Below the pieces are notes generated by a model. The model was not told the origin of the DNA and ran no database searches. It was given only the letters and a program-made list of their open reading frames with translations. Below are positions 27,381 through 41,247 of a stretch of DNA of 64,000 nucleotides, piece by piece. The stretch comes from Balamuthia mandrillaris (lineage: Eukaryota), in assembly GCA_031835245.2 (NCBI GenBank), contig JAVKOQ020000029.1:248001-312000 (forward strand), given 5' to 3'. The first letter of the stretch is position 1; each line of letters opens with the position of its first letter. The translations under genes were made by a program, and so were the position numbers.

Positions 27381-30300
27381 ATGAGCCTTGTTCCGTATTC
27401 GCAACCTTCCCCTCCTGACTTCTTTCCCGATCCTGCTACTGAACATCCTGCCCCTTTCGCCGATACCCTCAACAGTGCCTACGTCAACACAAGTGCAAAC
27501 TTTACGGCAAGTCAGTATTGGGAACACCAGGCGCATCCTTCTTGGACTTTGGAAGATACCAAACTATTACAAGAAGCTGTTAAGATACACGGTCCTGACT
27601 GGAAGCGTGTAGCGGATACTCCTTTTTCTCGGGCGCATGGTGCAGAGGTTTGTCCCTTTTCGTTTTTCTTTCTTTTTCATCTTTTAACAACCCGTCTCTT
27701 GTTTCGTTCTTGTCTAAACAATAGGAGTGTCACGCACGCTATCAATCACTAGTTAGCGTTTGCAACGCCCATTTTGTACAGAGCATGGACCCCTTCGACG
27801 AAGACAGGGGCACCGACCATAACTTTCACGACTCGACCGCCATCGTGGACATGAGTAACTACGTTGTCGGCGGGGAAGACAATGACGATGAAGACTTTTT
27901 GTGTGGTGCTGATGAGGACGCTCCATCGCCCATGGCAACTACCTCAACCTCCGCCTCAGCATTCTCTTCACAAGAAGACGAAGAGGAAGAAGGAGAGACC
28001 GACCCATTTGCAGGAATGGGTGATCCAACGTACAGTAACGCCGACGAAGACAAGCCCTCCGAGTCTAAGAGCTGGAAGGAGAACCGGCGGCGAGCTTTGG
28101 GATCCAATAGCAACCTCTTTAAGGCCAACTCTCAAAGCAGTTCGATGGATGATCTTGCGCAAGCGTTCAAGGATCCCAAGCTCTATCTCTCACTATGCCA
28201 AGAAGAGTCTCCCTCTCCTCCCTCTACCTCCTCTTCTCACTCGAACCTACCTCAGTTCGAGGACCTACTCAAGCTCGACGGTTCCTCCTCTGATCACTCT
28301 GCAATGCCCGAAGAGGATGGTAGTTCTCCGCACTTAGGCGGCGCGGGTGATAAGGGTCATGAAGCCGGTGTTGTTGAATATCCCATGAAGGCGCCCATGC
28401 TATCGACGATAAACGAGATGCCGGAGGAAGGACTTTCCAAGCAACTTATAGACTCGTCTTCATCTCCTACGTCTTCTTCAGCCTCAACGATCACCATAAC
28501 GAGTCCCTCTCAATGCCCGTCCCTGGGTGATACCATCGCCTCGGCTTCATCTTCTCCATCATCCTCTATTCAATCTTCTCTTCTCTCTGGTTCTGCTGCA
28601 GATTCAATTGCCATTGGGCCTACCACACAATTACTTTCGCAACCTACATCAGCATCTCCTTCTTCCTCTACTCCCTCAACGCTGAAGATAACTACTTCAG
28701 CACTTAAGAGAAAGAGCTCTGAGGAAACCAAGAAATCCACTTCTTCCTCTTCTCCCTCAATCAGTACCTCTTCTTTGCAATCAAGTTTGAACAACAAAAC
28801 AGGAAACAATAGCAGTATCTCCAACAATAACAACAACGCCAAAGGACTCAAGAAAAGACAAAGGAAGCGTCGAACAGCAGCTGAAATTGAGCGGAAGTTC
28901 AAGTGTGAGATGCCTAGCTGCTGCAAGTCCTACGGCTCTGAAGGCGCCTTGAAGATGCACATTAAACTGAAGCATCCAGGAGCAAAACAACCCAGCCTCA
29001 AAGTGACCCCCGGCCATCGAAACCCTCTTCATCCGCTCCTCCTCAACATGAACATGAATATGAACATGAACATGAGCCAATTCATAGCTCCCTTTGGCTT
29101 GCCTCAAATGATGGTCTCTTCTCCCGTCTTTCCTCAACACATCCTTCCAGCCCCCCAACAGGCCACCAACAACAGTGCTGCCGCCGCAGCTGCAGCTGCA
29201 GCAGCCGCTGCTGCCAGCAGCAACAACGCTCTGATGACAAACATGGTGACCGCCCTTGGCGGTCTAAACGGCTTGCAACTAGGGGCTGGCCTTGCCACAG
29301 GAGTTAATCCATTTTGTGACTTGAACATGGGCCTCGCGCCGGCCACCCTTCAACAACTGTTATTTCCTCAACTGCTGGGAGCTGGACAGGCTGCATTCTT
29401 TGCTCCCCCTTCCACCGGTCTTCCCACTTCGAACGCAGATGGTTCTTCCCATCTCTCACCCACCCCCTTTTGCTCGACTTCATCGGCCACCTCGGCATCT
29501 GCGCCATCCACATCGCTACCGGTTTTAACCTCCCCATCGTCAGAGGAGGGAACTGTCCCAACCACGGCGGGTCCTGCTGGCTTGACGTTTGACACACGAG
29601 GCGCTTTAGATGCTGCCACTCTCTCGGCGGCTTTGACTTCGCTCAACACCTCTTTGTCTTCTCTGGCCCCCGACATGCACCAACCCAAGCAGCAACAATC
29701 TCAACAAGAGAACAACAATGCCAACCAAGAAAAGACTTCCTCCTCAACAGAAAAGGAGTTGGTTTACATCGACACAACCAAACAGTTGCAAAGAGAGCAA
29801 CAGCAGCAGCAACCGCAACAACAGCAACAAAAGCCGCAACAGCCGCAACAGCAGCAACAGCAAAATAAACAACAACCAGTTCCCCCCGAAGAAGCGAAAC
29901 AAAACGCGGAGGCGGAAGCCATGGTAGCTGGGCTTTTGTCTACCGATGTTTATGCTCCTGAGAACAGCGCAGCCAATGGAGGTAGCGACAATTCTTTCTT
30001 CCAACAAGTGACTATCAAGTTGGAAAAGGAAACAAATGCAACGAACGATGAAGTAACAAGGATGGCAACACCAGAGCACGCGGAGGGAGGACAACACACC
30101 ATGGAAGCAGAAACGGCAGTGGCCTCACCCATTGAGGAGCATCAAGCTTCCGTATCGTCCCTCGAGCACGAGCCCGTTCACGATGAACAAGATGAACACG
30201 TGGACCATCATGCCTTTCTCACTTTGGAAGAGGAGGACAGAGGTCTTAATCTGCACGAACTCCTACAGAAGAGGCACCAAATCAAGCTGGAGAGACTGGA

Positions 30301-31621
30301 AGAACTTGGCCAATCGGACGTATTGCACCCCTTCATGATGGACGTGGAAGGCTCCATGCTCAACAGTGCAGCTATCAAGAAAACTTGCGAAGAGAGCGTC
30401 AACAGTACCACCAGCGGTTTAGGTAACTCTACAGGTCTGTTGCCTTCCTTCTATGCCCCCTCCAATCTGCTCTCCCACAGCCGCTTGAAGCTCAGTTCCT
30501 CCGACATCCACTCGGACGCGTTTTTCACTTCGTTTGCTCCTCCCTCGCCCACCATGTTTCCCTCCGTGCCCTCCTCCCTCTCCAACTCTGCCGTGTCTAT
30601 TCCTGCCTTTGAGTTTGCAGCTAACGCTCTTCAACTTGGAGAGGAGGCCGTCAGCGCCATGATGGCTGGTTACGGCGAGGAGGAAGGCATACATGCAGGA
30701 CCTCTGCCTAATGTGGAGACCCTCCTCATGCTTGCTGAGGAGGAGTACATGCATACACAGTACGCCATGGAGACCGCTGGTCTCAATGCCAGCGCTGTTC
30801 CAGTCCCTCCACGACAGGACTACTCCCTGCCGTATCTCAAGTTAGAGATAGGGTCCTTCTCGCATCAGACACAACCAGAGAACCACACGAAAAAAGGAGC
30901 GGCGAGGGCAACCTGCACCATCCACTTCCGATATGACAGCAAGGCACTGGAGTATGAGCTGCGCAGCTCTTCCAAGCGGGAGCTTGGCGACGGTGTCTAT
31001 GTGCGTTGCCCCTTTGAACACATTGTTGGGTTCGGGTTAGAGCAGAAGCCGGATCGAGACGTACTTATCATCGAGTTTGCACGGCCGCCATCCATCTGCC
31101 CTGCTGACAGGCCTCCCCAACAGAACTCCTCCTCCAGAAGAAAACGAAGACAGGGGTTGTCCAAACGGGCGGCTGCTCTGTTGGAGCTCTCTCGAGAGGA
31201 GGTGGGTCGTTGCAGGAGGCATGTCCTCCATTTCAGCAAAGAGCAGCTGAACTACCCATTGGAGATTCTTTTAGCCTGTGACATGCGGCTGAGGGAGCTC
31301 GCTCAGCTCGGATTGCCTCCAATCACGAACCCATTCTTCCCTGATGCTTGTCTTCCCTCGCAGCACAACGTTCTTCACCAGTTCCATCATGTTCATCCAC
31401 CTGCCCCCGTTCAGGAACCATCCTCCTTCCTTCAACTCCATCACTACCAACCTCCTTCTACTAGTACAGTTGGCGGAAATCCATCTTCGTCCTCATCTTC
31501 CTCTTGTTCCTCTTCGGCGTCGTTATCCATGTCTTCGTCGGCGGGAGAGAGCGGCTTGATGAGCTGTGTTGGCACGGATGACTTTGTGGTGGGAGAGCCT
31601 TTCTCTGCATTTGCCTCTTGA
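27381..31621 (+). CDS. Putative transcription factor: Myb/SANT-like repeat, C2H2 zinc finger and C-terminal PH-like domain
   Basis: WTLEDTKLLQEAVKIHGPDWKRVA (Myb); CEMPSCCKSYGSEGALKMHIKLKH (C2H2); poly-Q and poly-A tracts; C-terminal LEIGSF...IEFARPP...RRHVLHF. Confidence 0.85.
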
Positions 31622-32328
31622 CCCGATACGTTCGATGCGATAGAGAGGACGAAGGAAGGAAGTACTTGCGATTTGGTGAGCATACTATGTGCTGCATCAC
31701 GGTGCAAACGATTGTTGAATGCTTACGAACGATGGATGTGCGTATGGGTAGACGGATAGTGGATGGCAGACGCAGAGAACAGAAAAACAGAAAAACAGAA
31801 AAAAAAATAGAAAAGAACAAACACAAAAACAAACAAAAGAGAGAGAACCAACGTCGGTGCAACACGATGACAACCCATCGGCTGCAAAAGTAGCAAGCAG
31901 AGGAAAACACAAAGCAAAAACTGTGGCGTTGTGGACATGTTCATATATACAGCGCGTAGAGCGTGTTCACAACGGCAGCTTCTGCTCCTTCCACAAAGAT
32001 TTCACTTTTGCTGCTTGCTCAATCTGGAGATGGTGATCATTAGTGAGACAAGACGCACACATGTCGGCGTCTGTCATACCCCAAACACTTTAAAAAAAAT
32101 GTGAGGTTCTCTCATTCTCTCTCTCAGCCGTGTAAATAGAACGAACTCTGTGAGGAAATGAAAGGTGAATAAACGGCATCCTTTTAGTCTTTCATGATCC
32201 GTTGAACGTTAGTTATCGCTCTTTTGTTCCTTGGTTAACCCCCCTCCCTCCCACATGATTTGCGAACGGCCTCGTGAGAAGGCACTGCACACAGTGCTCC
32301 CTTCGGACTTTTCCCATTCACCGACGCT

Positions 32329-32374
<46 letters not shown>

Positions 32375-32545
32375 AGAAAGGAGAGCACAAAGGAGAGACC
32401 ACAGAATGCGAGCAGAGACAAGAGCAACTGGATACATTGGTGCAAGGCTTGGGCTTGAGGCCCGCCACCACCCGTTTTATTTTTTTTTTCTCTGTATCAA
32501 TTTGTACGAGAAGAAGAAGAAAGGGCCACCGCTAGCCAGAGAGAG

Positions 32546-33668
32546 ATGGAGAAAAAGGTAGCGGGAGTGTGTGCGGTGGACCAACTGCCCACCGAGGTCT
32601 TGTTCCTCATACTATCGAACCTCGGCAACGTGGGAGACCTGGTAGCGGCCTCGCTGGTCTGCAAGGAATGGTGCTCCGTGGCCCATGACCAGCTCATGTG
32701 GAAGGCTCTCTACTGGAGGCTCTCATTTCTTCATGTAGCCGCGCTCTTGTTCCCTCCTCTCTTTCGTCTCCTCCTCTCTTCTTTGCTCACTCACCTCGAC
32801 AAAAAGGGAGAAGAGGGAGCAGCTGCCGTTTTAACGCGATCTGCTGCAATGCTGATGGCTGCCGAGGAGAGCCAAGACTGGCGCAAGAAGTTTAGGGAGC
32901 GAGTGGCAGGCGATAAAACGTGGATGAATGGCAGGCATGAGCCCGTGTTCTTCAACCCGACGGAGGCTTCCGCCAAAAAGTACAACACCACGAAGGTGTC
33001 CTCCAGTTTTAGAGGCTGCGCCTTTTCGCCTGTCGTATGCTCTTCTCTCTTGTTTGTCTTTATTGCTTTCTTTTTCACTTACTCTGCATGCCTCTCTCTC
33101 GTCTCTCTCTCTCTCTCTCTCTCTCGTTTGTGCGTTCTGTTTTGTGTTGTTCTTTGGTCACCCTACTTTTTTGTGTATACCATCCAACAAGAACGAGCCA
33201 TTGTTTTCAACGGCTTGCTACAATGGAATGGCTTGCCTGTGCAATGCAGCCGCTCGCTCTCCCACCGAGAAGCTGGTTAAACAAGTTCAACTGATCGGGC
33301 GCCTTCACAGCACTCGATGGAACCTTGATGGCACCAAGGTCTTTCCTCTCATTCTGCTTCTTCTTTCGCTCTTCTCTCCTCATGTCTCCTCTCACCTTTC
33401 TCAATACCTTTTTTCTCCAAATAAAAGGTCATGTTTGGATCACACAACAACAGCTTGTCAGTGGTGGACGTGGAACGATGGGAACCACTCCATCAGTACG
33501 CTAATCAGTTCTTTGGAGGTTCGGATCGTGGGGCATTGGCCATCTCCCAAGAAGATCCAAACCTGGTGGCTGGAGGCGGCAATCCAGGCGCAGAACATGC
33601 CCTCTTTGACATTCGAGTCAAAGACAAACCTATCCGAACTTGGAAGGTTCGCTTCTTTCTCTCTCTTT

Positions 33669-33699
<31 letters not shown>

Positions 33700-34643
33700 A
33701 CTCACCATGCACCATTTGGAAAACAAGGTCCATACACATACGATAAGGGACATGTGCTTCGTGGATGGAAGCTGGTTTGGGCTGTCGTCTGGAGAGTTGC
33801 TTTTGTCTTGCGGGAGTGGAGCTAATAGCTCCGGCCAAGCCATCGTGAGTACTGTTTTCGTGTTTTGTTTGTCCTTGTTCTAATAGCATCGTGCTTCGTG
33901 ACACATTTGAACAAAGCTGTGTGATTTGGCTGGCAATGTTCTCGCGAGTCGATGCATCATGGAAGTGGGGGAGAGTCCTCACTGGTTGGCGGGCGCCTAT
34001 TCAGTCACAGTAACACCGCCTTACTTTGGTTCGGGGAACAAAGCCAAATATGACTCTAAACGTTTGTAGATTTTTTTCTCGTTCATTTCTTTTCTCGTCC
34101 ATCCCTTATTGTTAAATACACACAACAGGTTGTGTGACAGTAGGTCTTAATGGTAAAGTCTTGCTACTTCCGTGCAACCAATTTACCAACTCCAATTACG
34201 AGAAATTCGTATTCCTTTCTCACCTTCCGCAAAGGCCTGTATGGAAGCTGAGGTAACCGCTTTTTTGCTCTTACTATTTCTCTTTTCTCTCTCTCTCTCT
34301 TTCTCCTCGGCTAAGTTCGTATTGCAAACAGGTATAACAGTAACGGCACTCTATTGTTCGCTGCATCGGATGGAGGCGTTGTCAACATGTACCATCGCAA
34401 AGAAGATGGTTCTCATATCATGGTAAAAAAGATTATCCAACACCTCAACGACATCGAGGACTGTGACATTTCTATCCACGATAATTGTACGTATAACTTT
34501 TTCTCTTTCGTGGTCTCTGCATTCTGTCTCTATCGCTATCTTTCTCTCGATGAATTCATCGGCTAACAACAGTAATGTCTACAGACTTGATAACAGCTTC
34601 GCAAGATGACACTATTGGCATTGTAGCGCCCGTCTTCCATTGA
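32546..34643 (+). CDS. F-box/WD40-like protein, multi-exon
   Basis: F-box DQLPTEVLFLILSNL...SLVCKEW...LMWK, followed by WD-like segments (MFGSHNNSLSVVD, HTHTIRDM, TASQDDTI). Confidence 0.82.
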
Positions 34644-34737
34644 TTTACACCATTGACATGTGCTTGTAACACTATACTGTACTAAACATGCCCTCCTTTT
34701 CGCTGTCCGTTGTTTCTTTGAGTTTGCTGCACGCTGG

Positions 34738-35060
34738 TCACGTGGAAAGGGAGGAGGGCAACACTCGGGATGCAATGTCCGTGACAAGCCAATGCATGCC
34801 CTCTGTCAGGCCTTGGCCGGTGAGAGCGCTGCATGGTTGGATCCGCCAATGTCGGTTCTTTATCTCATGCAAGGCCAAGGACTCGGTCAGTTCCTCTGAT
34901 GAAAGGGCGCCCGTGATGTCCTGCTTATTTGCAAATATCAACAGCGAAGCCCCTGCTAAGCGCTGACACATGGCAACAGAGTAAGAGAGTGGTGAGCGAA
35001 GCACGCTAGAGGACAAGCGATGTGTGTGAGAAGGGAGAGAAAGAGAGAGAGAAGAGAGTC

Positions 35061-35091
<31 letters not shown>

Positions 35092-35529
35092 AACAGAGAG
35101 ACAGAGAGAGGAACAAACTTCTTCTTGGAGAAGCACAGATAGCTCTTGCTTGCAGTCCAAAAGACGACGTTTATCGGCGCAGTCCACAACCCACACCAGA
35201 CCATCCGTTTGTTCAAAGTAGTTTCTCCAGTAGGACCGCAGAGACTTTTGACCTCCAACGTCCCAAATGTTCAACCGGTACCCTTGATACTCCAGTGTGT
35301 TGATGTTGAAGCCCAGCGTGGGGCTAACCTCGTCCACCTCTTCTCCGTTGAACCGCTTTACCAGCGTAGTTTTACCTGCGTTGTCCAACCCTCTTATATT
35401 ACGCAGGAGATGAGAGATTCGTCGCAAACAAAAGGAGGGCAGAAAAGGCACTACTAGTACGTACAACATCAACAACCGCATTTCTTTCTCCTTTAACTTT
35501 TGCTTCTTCAAGATCGTTAGTAAGCCCAT
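34738..35529 (-). CDS. ARL2: ADP-ribosylation factor-like protein 2
   Basis: [41 protein letters not shown]. Confidence 0.97.
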
Positions 35530-35855
35530 TTTTTATCTTCAAGCCTCTCTGCTCTCTTCTCCCCTCTCTCTTCTCTACGCTGTGTTCTCTCTCCTCCTCG
35601 CTCCTCTCTTCTCCTTTCGAGGTAGTCGCATAACTAAAATTTGCCGCCATCCATGGCTCAGTTGCAAGGCATAATCAGGAGAATGCCATAATGATTCGCT
35701 TTGCCTGATACTTGATAGAGGGCCTACAGAACCACAATGCCGCACCAGCCTTGGCGCGAAAGTTTTTTCCTATTTTATACCGGGTCACCCAAAATTGGTA
35801 AGCACAACCCTCATTGCTGACCGCTTACACGCCTACATTAAACGCAAAGGCAAAA

Positions 35856-35982
35856 GGGGAGAACGCCAAAAAAGAAGCGAGGCAAAACGAAGAGAGAGAG
35901 GCGGGGGAGGGTGGCGGACGCAAAACCGACAGGGAAAAAAAAAAAGGGGGGGAGAACGCCAAAAAAGAAGCGAGGCAAAACG
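35856..35982 (+). repeat. 34-bp exact direct repeat in an intergenic region
   Basis: ggggagaacgccaaaaaagaagcgaggcaaaacg at 35856-35889 and 35949-35982. Confidence 0.9.
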
Positions 35983-36410
35983 GTGAAGCGCAGACGTCCG
36001 TCTCCCGCCTCCGCCCAACGACGAAGGCTTTCATGGGAGACGTTGTAGGTCCGTAGTGGTAGTGGTGGTGTTTGTTTTGTGGTTGTGTGAAAAATGAAAA
36101 ATAGGCACGTTGCGTTATAATAAATAAGAAGGAGCTAAATAAAGTTTCTGGATTCCCTTTCTTTTATCATTCCATTTCAGGGGTTGAACTTCATGAGGAA
36201 TTTCTGTACTTATCGGAAAATTTGGTATCGGATTCAACGGTTCTGGCCCTTAGGACCTGTGGAAAAAAAAAACCCAGCATCCATTGTTAAGCCGCTATGT
36301 CCACTTTGCCCATTGGAAGGTGTGTGTCCCTTTTCACCAAGGCGTGAGTTGCGCAAGTGGCGAGGGGTCAAAAAAACATGTGCGAAGAACAGAGGCAGGG
36401 AAAAAATGGT

Positions 36411-37065
36411 TCACTTTTTGGGTCGATTCAAGAAACGAAGGGAGAAATAGGTCAAAAGGCGCGCCACAACAATTAGCCCCAAAATAACGAGCACATCCCA
36501 CCAAGCCTCCGTCTCCACGCCTTCCTCCTCGAGGACGCGTGAGCCAGGGATTGGCCGCGTCGTGTTATAGGAGCTCACCGGCGAGGGATCGAACTCTATA
36601 GCGCCATCGTCCATGTCGTTGATAGTTAGCGCCTCGTAATAGTACTTGATGAAGGAGATCCAACGCGCCCAACGGATCCACACGGGCATGTTCTCGGGAG
36701 AAATATAAAAGCCGCCGAGCAGCATGAGACCCAGAATGGAGACAGAGGCAATGACCAGGGCCTCCTTCACGTCCACCCAAACGGTAGTAATGAGAAGGCC
36801 GAGACTCGTCCCCGTTACTACGATCAGCAGTATGAGCAGCCAGGCGAAGAAGAACCGCTCAGGGCTCTCTCGGTTGAGATTGACCATCCAGTAGGCAATC
36901 ACGATGAATGCGCTGGGGTAGACGAAGTGGAGAGGCGTCTCGCTTATGCTCTTGGCCACAAAGTAGGCGGAGAGTCGATAGGAGCCTGACGCCCGTTCTT
37001 TATTTAATACTTTCCGCTCGGGTGGAACTGTTTGTGAGTGTATAGGTAAGTTATTTTGTTACGAA

Positions 37066-37109
<44 letters not shown>

Positions 37110-39327
37110 CGTACAGCTGTAAAGGGCTTGGAAGAGAGACATAAAAGTCCAGAAGACAGAAGCGAAGAAAATGAATCCAAATCGTTCGCTAATGGCCTCT
37201 TCCTTGTAGTCCATTTGGAACCAGAATATGCTCATGATGAAGGTCATGGCCAATACCTGCAGAACGTTGAGCTTGTTGAAGACCTCTCCTTTCTGTTGTT
37301 TGAAGTTTCGCTGCGCAAGCACCCACGTTTGCGTCCAAAAGGAGGTTGGGAATTTATGTTTCTCATATGTCTTGTCGCGACTTAATTCGAACTCGGGCTG
37401 AAAGCAAGACGACAGAAGTACTAGTTAGCGAAAAAACAAACAAACAAACAAACAAACAAACAAGCAAACAAACAAACAAACAGTCAACGGAGCAATCGCC
37501 GAACCTCTTTCGAGTTGTTGTGTAAAAGCGAGTTATGTTCTTCTTCTTCCTCTTTGTAGTGCTCAATAAGTAGTTGTTTGACCGGCTTTCCGTCATTTGT
37601 CTTTTCTTCTGTTGTTAATACTTCCACTGTATCATAAACAAAATGCGCGTTAGCAATATACGCCCAAAAAGGACATAAAAGGAGGATGGGAAAGAGCGTA
37701 CGCAAAAAGTCAGCTGGATTGTAGAATGGAGAACAAGAGTATCCCAAACGCGAGAAATAGGCAACGGCATCCTTGGCCGGTCCATAATAGACGATATGTC
37801 CATCGGCTAGCAACAGCACGTTGTCAAACATTCCATACATGGCGCTGCTCGGCTGGTGAATAGTTGTTATCACTGTTCGTCCGCTAGGACATTTGGCAGA
37901 GATATCCAAATCAGCTTCTATTTCCGTAGAGAGAGTGTGTGTGAGATTTACCTTTGAGCAAGAGCTTTCATGGTATAGACCAGGCTAAGGGCAGTGGAGG
38001 AGTCCAATCCAGACGTTGGCTCATCCAGCAACACCAAAGAAGGGTTCATCAGGAGCTCGTTCCCAATGTTGGTGCGCTTCCTCTCTCCACCGGAGACACC
38101 CCTCTGAAATGGGCCTCCGATGATGGTGTTGGCGCACTTCTCGATGGACAACTCCGAAATCACCTCCTCCACCCTCTGCTTCTTTTGCTTCCAGGTGAGG
38201 GAGCGTGGCAGCTTCACCAACGCCGTGTATGTGAGGGTCTCTCTAACGGTGAGATTGGGGAAGAAGACGTCATCCTGCAGGACGTAGGCCGTTTGTCGCT
38301 TGATGTTCTTCTTGGGCTTCTTGCCGTTGATGAGGATCTGGCCAGTAACGTTCTTCTTGGTCCTGCCAGCCAGGATGTTGAGGAGGGTGGTCTTGCCGCT
38401 GCCCGTTGGCCCCATGATGGCCAGCAGCTCTCCTGGGCGGATGATGCCATTCAGGTCAAACAGTATCTGTCGCTTGGCTGTGGGCTTGGGCATGAAGGGG
38501 ATTTTGTTCTTGATGATGGGCCATAAGCCCTTTGGCGGGATGGGGTACTCTATAATGTAGTTCAGGTTCCTGAACTCCAGGGTGGTGTTGGTGCTGGGCT
38601 TGTGGAGGGAGATCTTGGACTCCTTCAGCTTGCCCATGCGTTGGAGGCGGCTACGTAGGTCCTGTTCCTCCTTTTCCAGCATGCGCTGTTGCTTCTTGCT
38701 CCACCCCCTTGGTCTTCCTTCCCCATCTCCTCTCTCCTCTTTTTCCTCCTCATCCTCCGAATCATCGTCATCGTCGTCGCTATCGAACATACGCTCTCCT
38801 TTCTCCTTGAGTTTATCAACTTTGTCAGCCTTTTTGGAAACGTCCGTTTGCGTGAGGATAAACTGCGTCGTGTCTCCTCTAACATCTTTGATGGCCTCCA
38901 AGCCGATTACCGCCCAATAGGGGCTCCCTCCCGCATCCTGGCAGAGCAGCCTTCCTTGCCAGCTCTTCTCCGAGTCCAGGGCCTGCTGGAGGGGGTTGTT
39001 CCTCACCCCCTCTCCCTTCCCGCCTCCCCTCAAAAACTCCAACTCACCCAGCCGCCGGCCGGCCGCTTGTTGCCCGCTCATCCCTGTCATGACCTCGAAG
39101 CCCCGGTCCACGTAGAGCACGCGCTGCTGGGAGTCGGCCACGGCCATGCCATGCGGCATCTCCTCCAGCTTGAAGGCCAAGCGGTCGTTGATCTGTGTGC
39201 CGGTGGAGGGGAAGGCCTCATCCTCGGAGGAGGAGGAGGACGCGGGGACCACCTCTTTGAGCTCCTCTATCTCCTCCTCTGTCTTGGGGGCCTTGACGGA
39301 AAGGGACCTCTTCTTTGGCTTGCCCAT
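36411..39327 (-). CDS. ABCG (White-family) half transporter with N-terminal PAS/PAC domain
   Basis: Walker A GPTGSGKTT, signature VSGGERKR, LLDEPTSGLD, TIHQP, and a C-terminal TMD. N-terminal region PHGMAVAD...LYVDRGFEVMTG...YW...TQTDVS is PAS-like. Confidence 0.93.
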
Positions 39328-39813
39328 TTTGTGTGCGTGTGTGTGCGGTGACCTTTTTTTTTTTAAAAAATTCTTCCAAAGAAGAGAGAGAGAGAAGCAA
39401 GCAGCACGGAGAGAAGGTGGTTGTTGAGAGTGTTATGTCAAAGAAGAAGAAGTTGAAGAAGAAAACGAAGAATTTGACAAGAAGAAATTGATGGTGGGGA
39501 TGATGCTCCCCGCCGTCACCTCCTGCCTGCGTGAGGATATTGAGATTGCTGACGAAGAACAAAAGGAGGGAGAGCTACCACGGAGTGGCAAGCTTCCTTT
39601 CGGGAAATAGCAAAGCGGGGGATTTGATATTTGCGTTCTTTTCCGATCAGTTTTCTGCGCGGAAGCTAAGTATGCTTTGAAAAAGGAAATTTACACTAAT
39701 TTGATTTCGCCGATTGCAATTTCCCCCCTCGAAGATGATTTTTGCGGACATTTGGATCTCCCTCATGTCGTCGTGAAAAATTAACAATTCAAATAGATAA
39801 AATAAAATAAAAG

Positions 39814-40890
39814 ATGCAGTCCGTGTTTGCCGAGTTGCTGAGCAAGAGACCCAAGGTTCGCAAAGACGAGAAGCATCAGAGGACCTATGAGCTTCCACAA
39901 TTGGGCACCTCGTTGGTCATCCAAGAGGATCCTGAAGGCGGTGTCGCGGGATCTGTCTGGGACGCCGTAAGTAACGCTTCTCTCGCTCTCAGTGCGCGCC
40001 GGGTGGTCAGAACTAATACTTTGTTCTTCTTTGGTCAGTGCTACGACTTGCTCAATTACATTACCTCTGAGAGCGCCTTTCAATCATCCAATATCCATGG
40101 TACTTCTTGTTTCCCATGTTTCTGTTCGAGTTGCGCTGAGTTTCTTATTTCAACAACAGGCAAAAAAGTGGTAGAACTTGGGGCAGGAACAGGAATAGCC
40201 TCCATTATCTTTGCCCTGTTGGGTAAGTTTGTTGTTGTCCTTTGGCTTGATCGTCGTGTTTGTCTTTGTCCTTTGTTCTCGCTTCTGTTGCCATTTCATT
40301 TCTCTTCTCCTCGTCGTTCTCTTCTCGTTCCTCTCTTTCTTCTGTTTTGCGTGGTTGACATGATGTTTTAGGAGCGGAGGTGATAAGCACAGATCGTAAG
40401 GAAGCTCTTGAAGTTCTTCAGTTGAACATGGAGCTTAACACAGACCCTTCTAAACACAGCATTCGTGTTGCTGAGTTAAACTGGTAACTTGTTCTCAACA
40501 ATTATTTTTTTTGTTATAAATACACGTTTTAACTTGTTTGCTTAATGATAAGGGGCGAAGGAAAGGAAGAGCAATACAAACCAGTGGATTACCTTGTCGT
40601 TTCTGAATGTATCTACAATCTCAAATACGGGGACGCTTTGTTGAGTTCCATGACAGCCCTGTCAAACCCTCACACCGTCATTCTCTTTGCCTACGCACAA
40701 CGGCAACCGGAGGAAGAGGACAAATTCTTTGCCAAAGTGAAGGAACATTTTGGTTCCATTGAGCAGGTATTTTTTTCCCCAATCTTTCTGCGCTCCTTTT
40801 GTCAATACTTAATGCATTCTGCTATTCTTGCACCAGCTACCGACCAAGGAGGAGAAGCACAAACTTCTCAAGATATCTGGCAAACTGTAA
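39814..40890 (+). CDS. METTL21/Efm-like protein lysine methyltransferase
   Basis: GVAGSVWDA, VVELGAGTG, ELNWG, VVSECIY. Confidence 0.9.
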
Positions 40891-41247
40891 AGCAAATAGC
40901 ATTCCCTTCAAAAAAAAAAGGTTTGTTTTGCAAAATATGTCAACTATGCCAAGAATTCCGAGAATGGATCGGGTATTTAAACAACGCTAAGAATTCCAGG
41001 AATGCGAGGAACGCGCTTGAGGAGTCGTTGGTGAACTTCCCCTTCTAAAAAAGAAGTTTGGAGAGAGAAGTCGCGAAGAAGAGAAAGGAAGGAAGAAAGA
41101 GAAAAAGCGAAAAAAAAAAGGGGGGAGTGGGGTGTGACACGTATACATTTCCTTCACTTCTTTTGCGAACGCTTTTTGTTTTTGTTTTTGTTTTTGTTTC
41201 TTATTATCACCTCTGCAAACAAAAAAGAGAAGAAGAGACAAGCGAAC

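Noticed and set aside
38835..39180. LOV blue-light photoreceptor
   Set aside because: The GRNCRFLQ motif and its photoactive cysteine are absent (GRRLGELEFLR), so it was kept only as a generic PAS domain.
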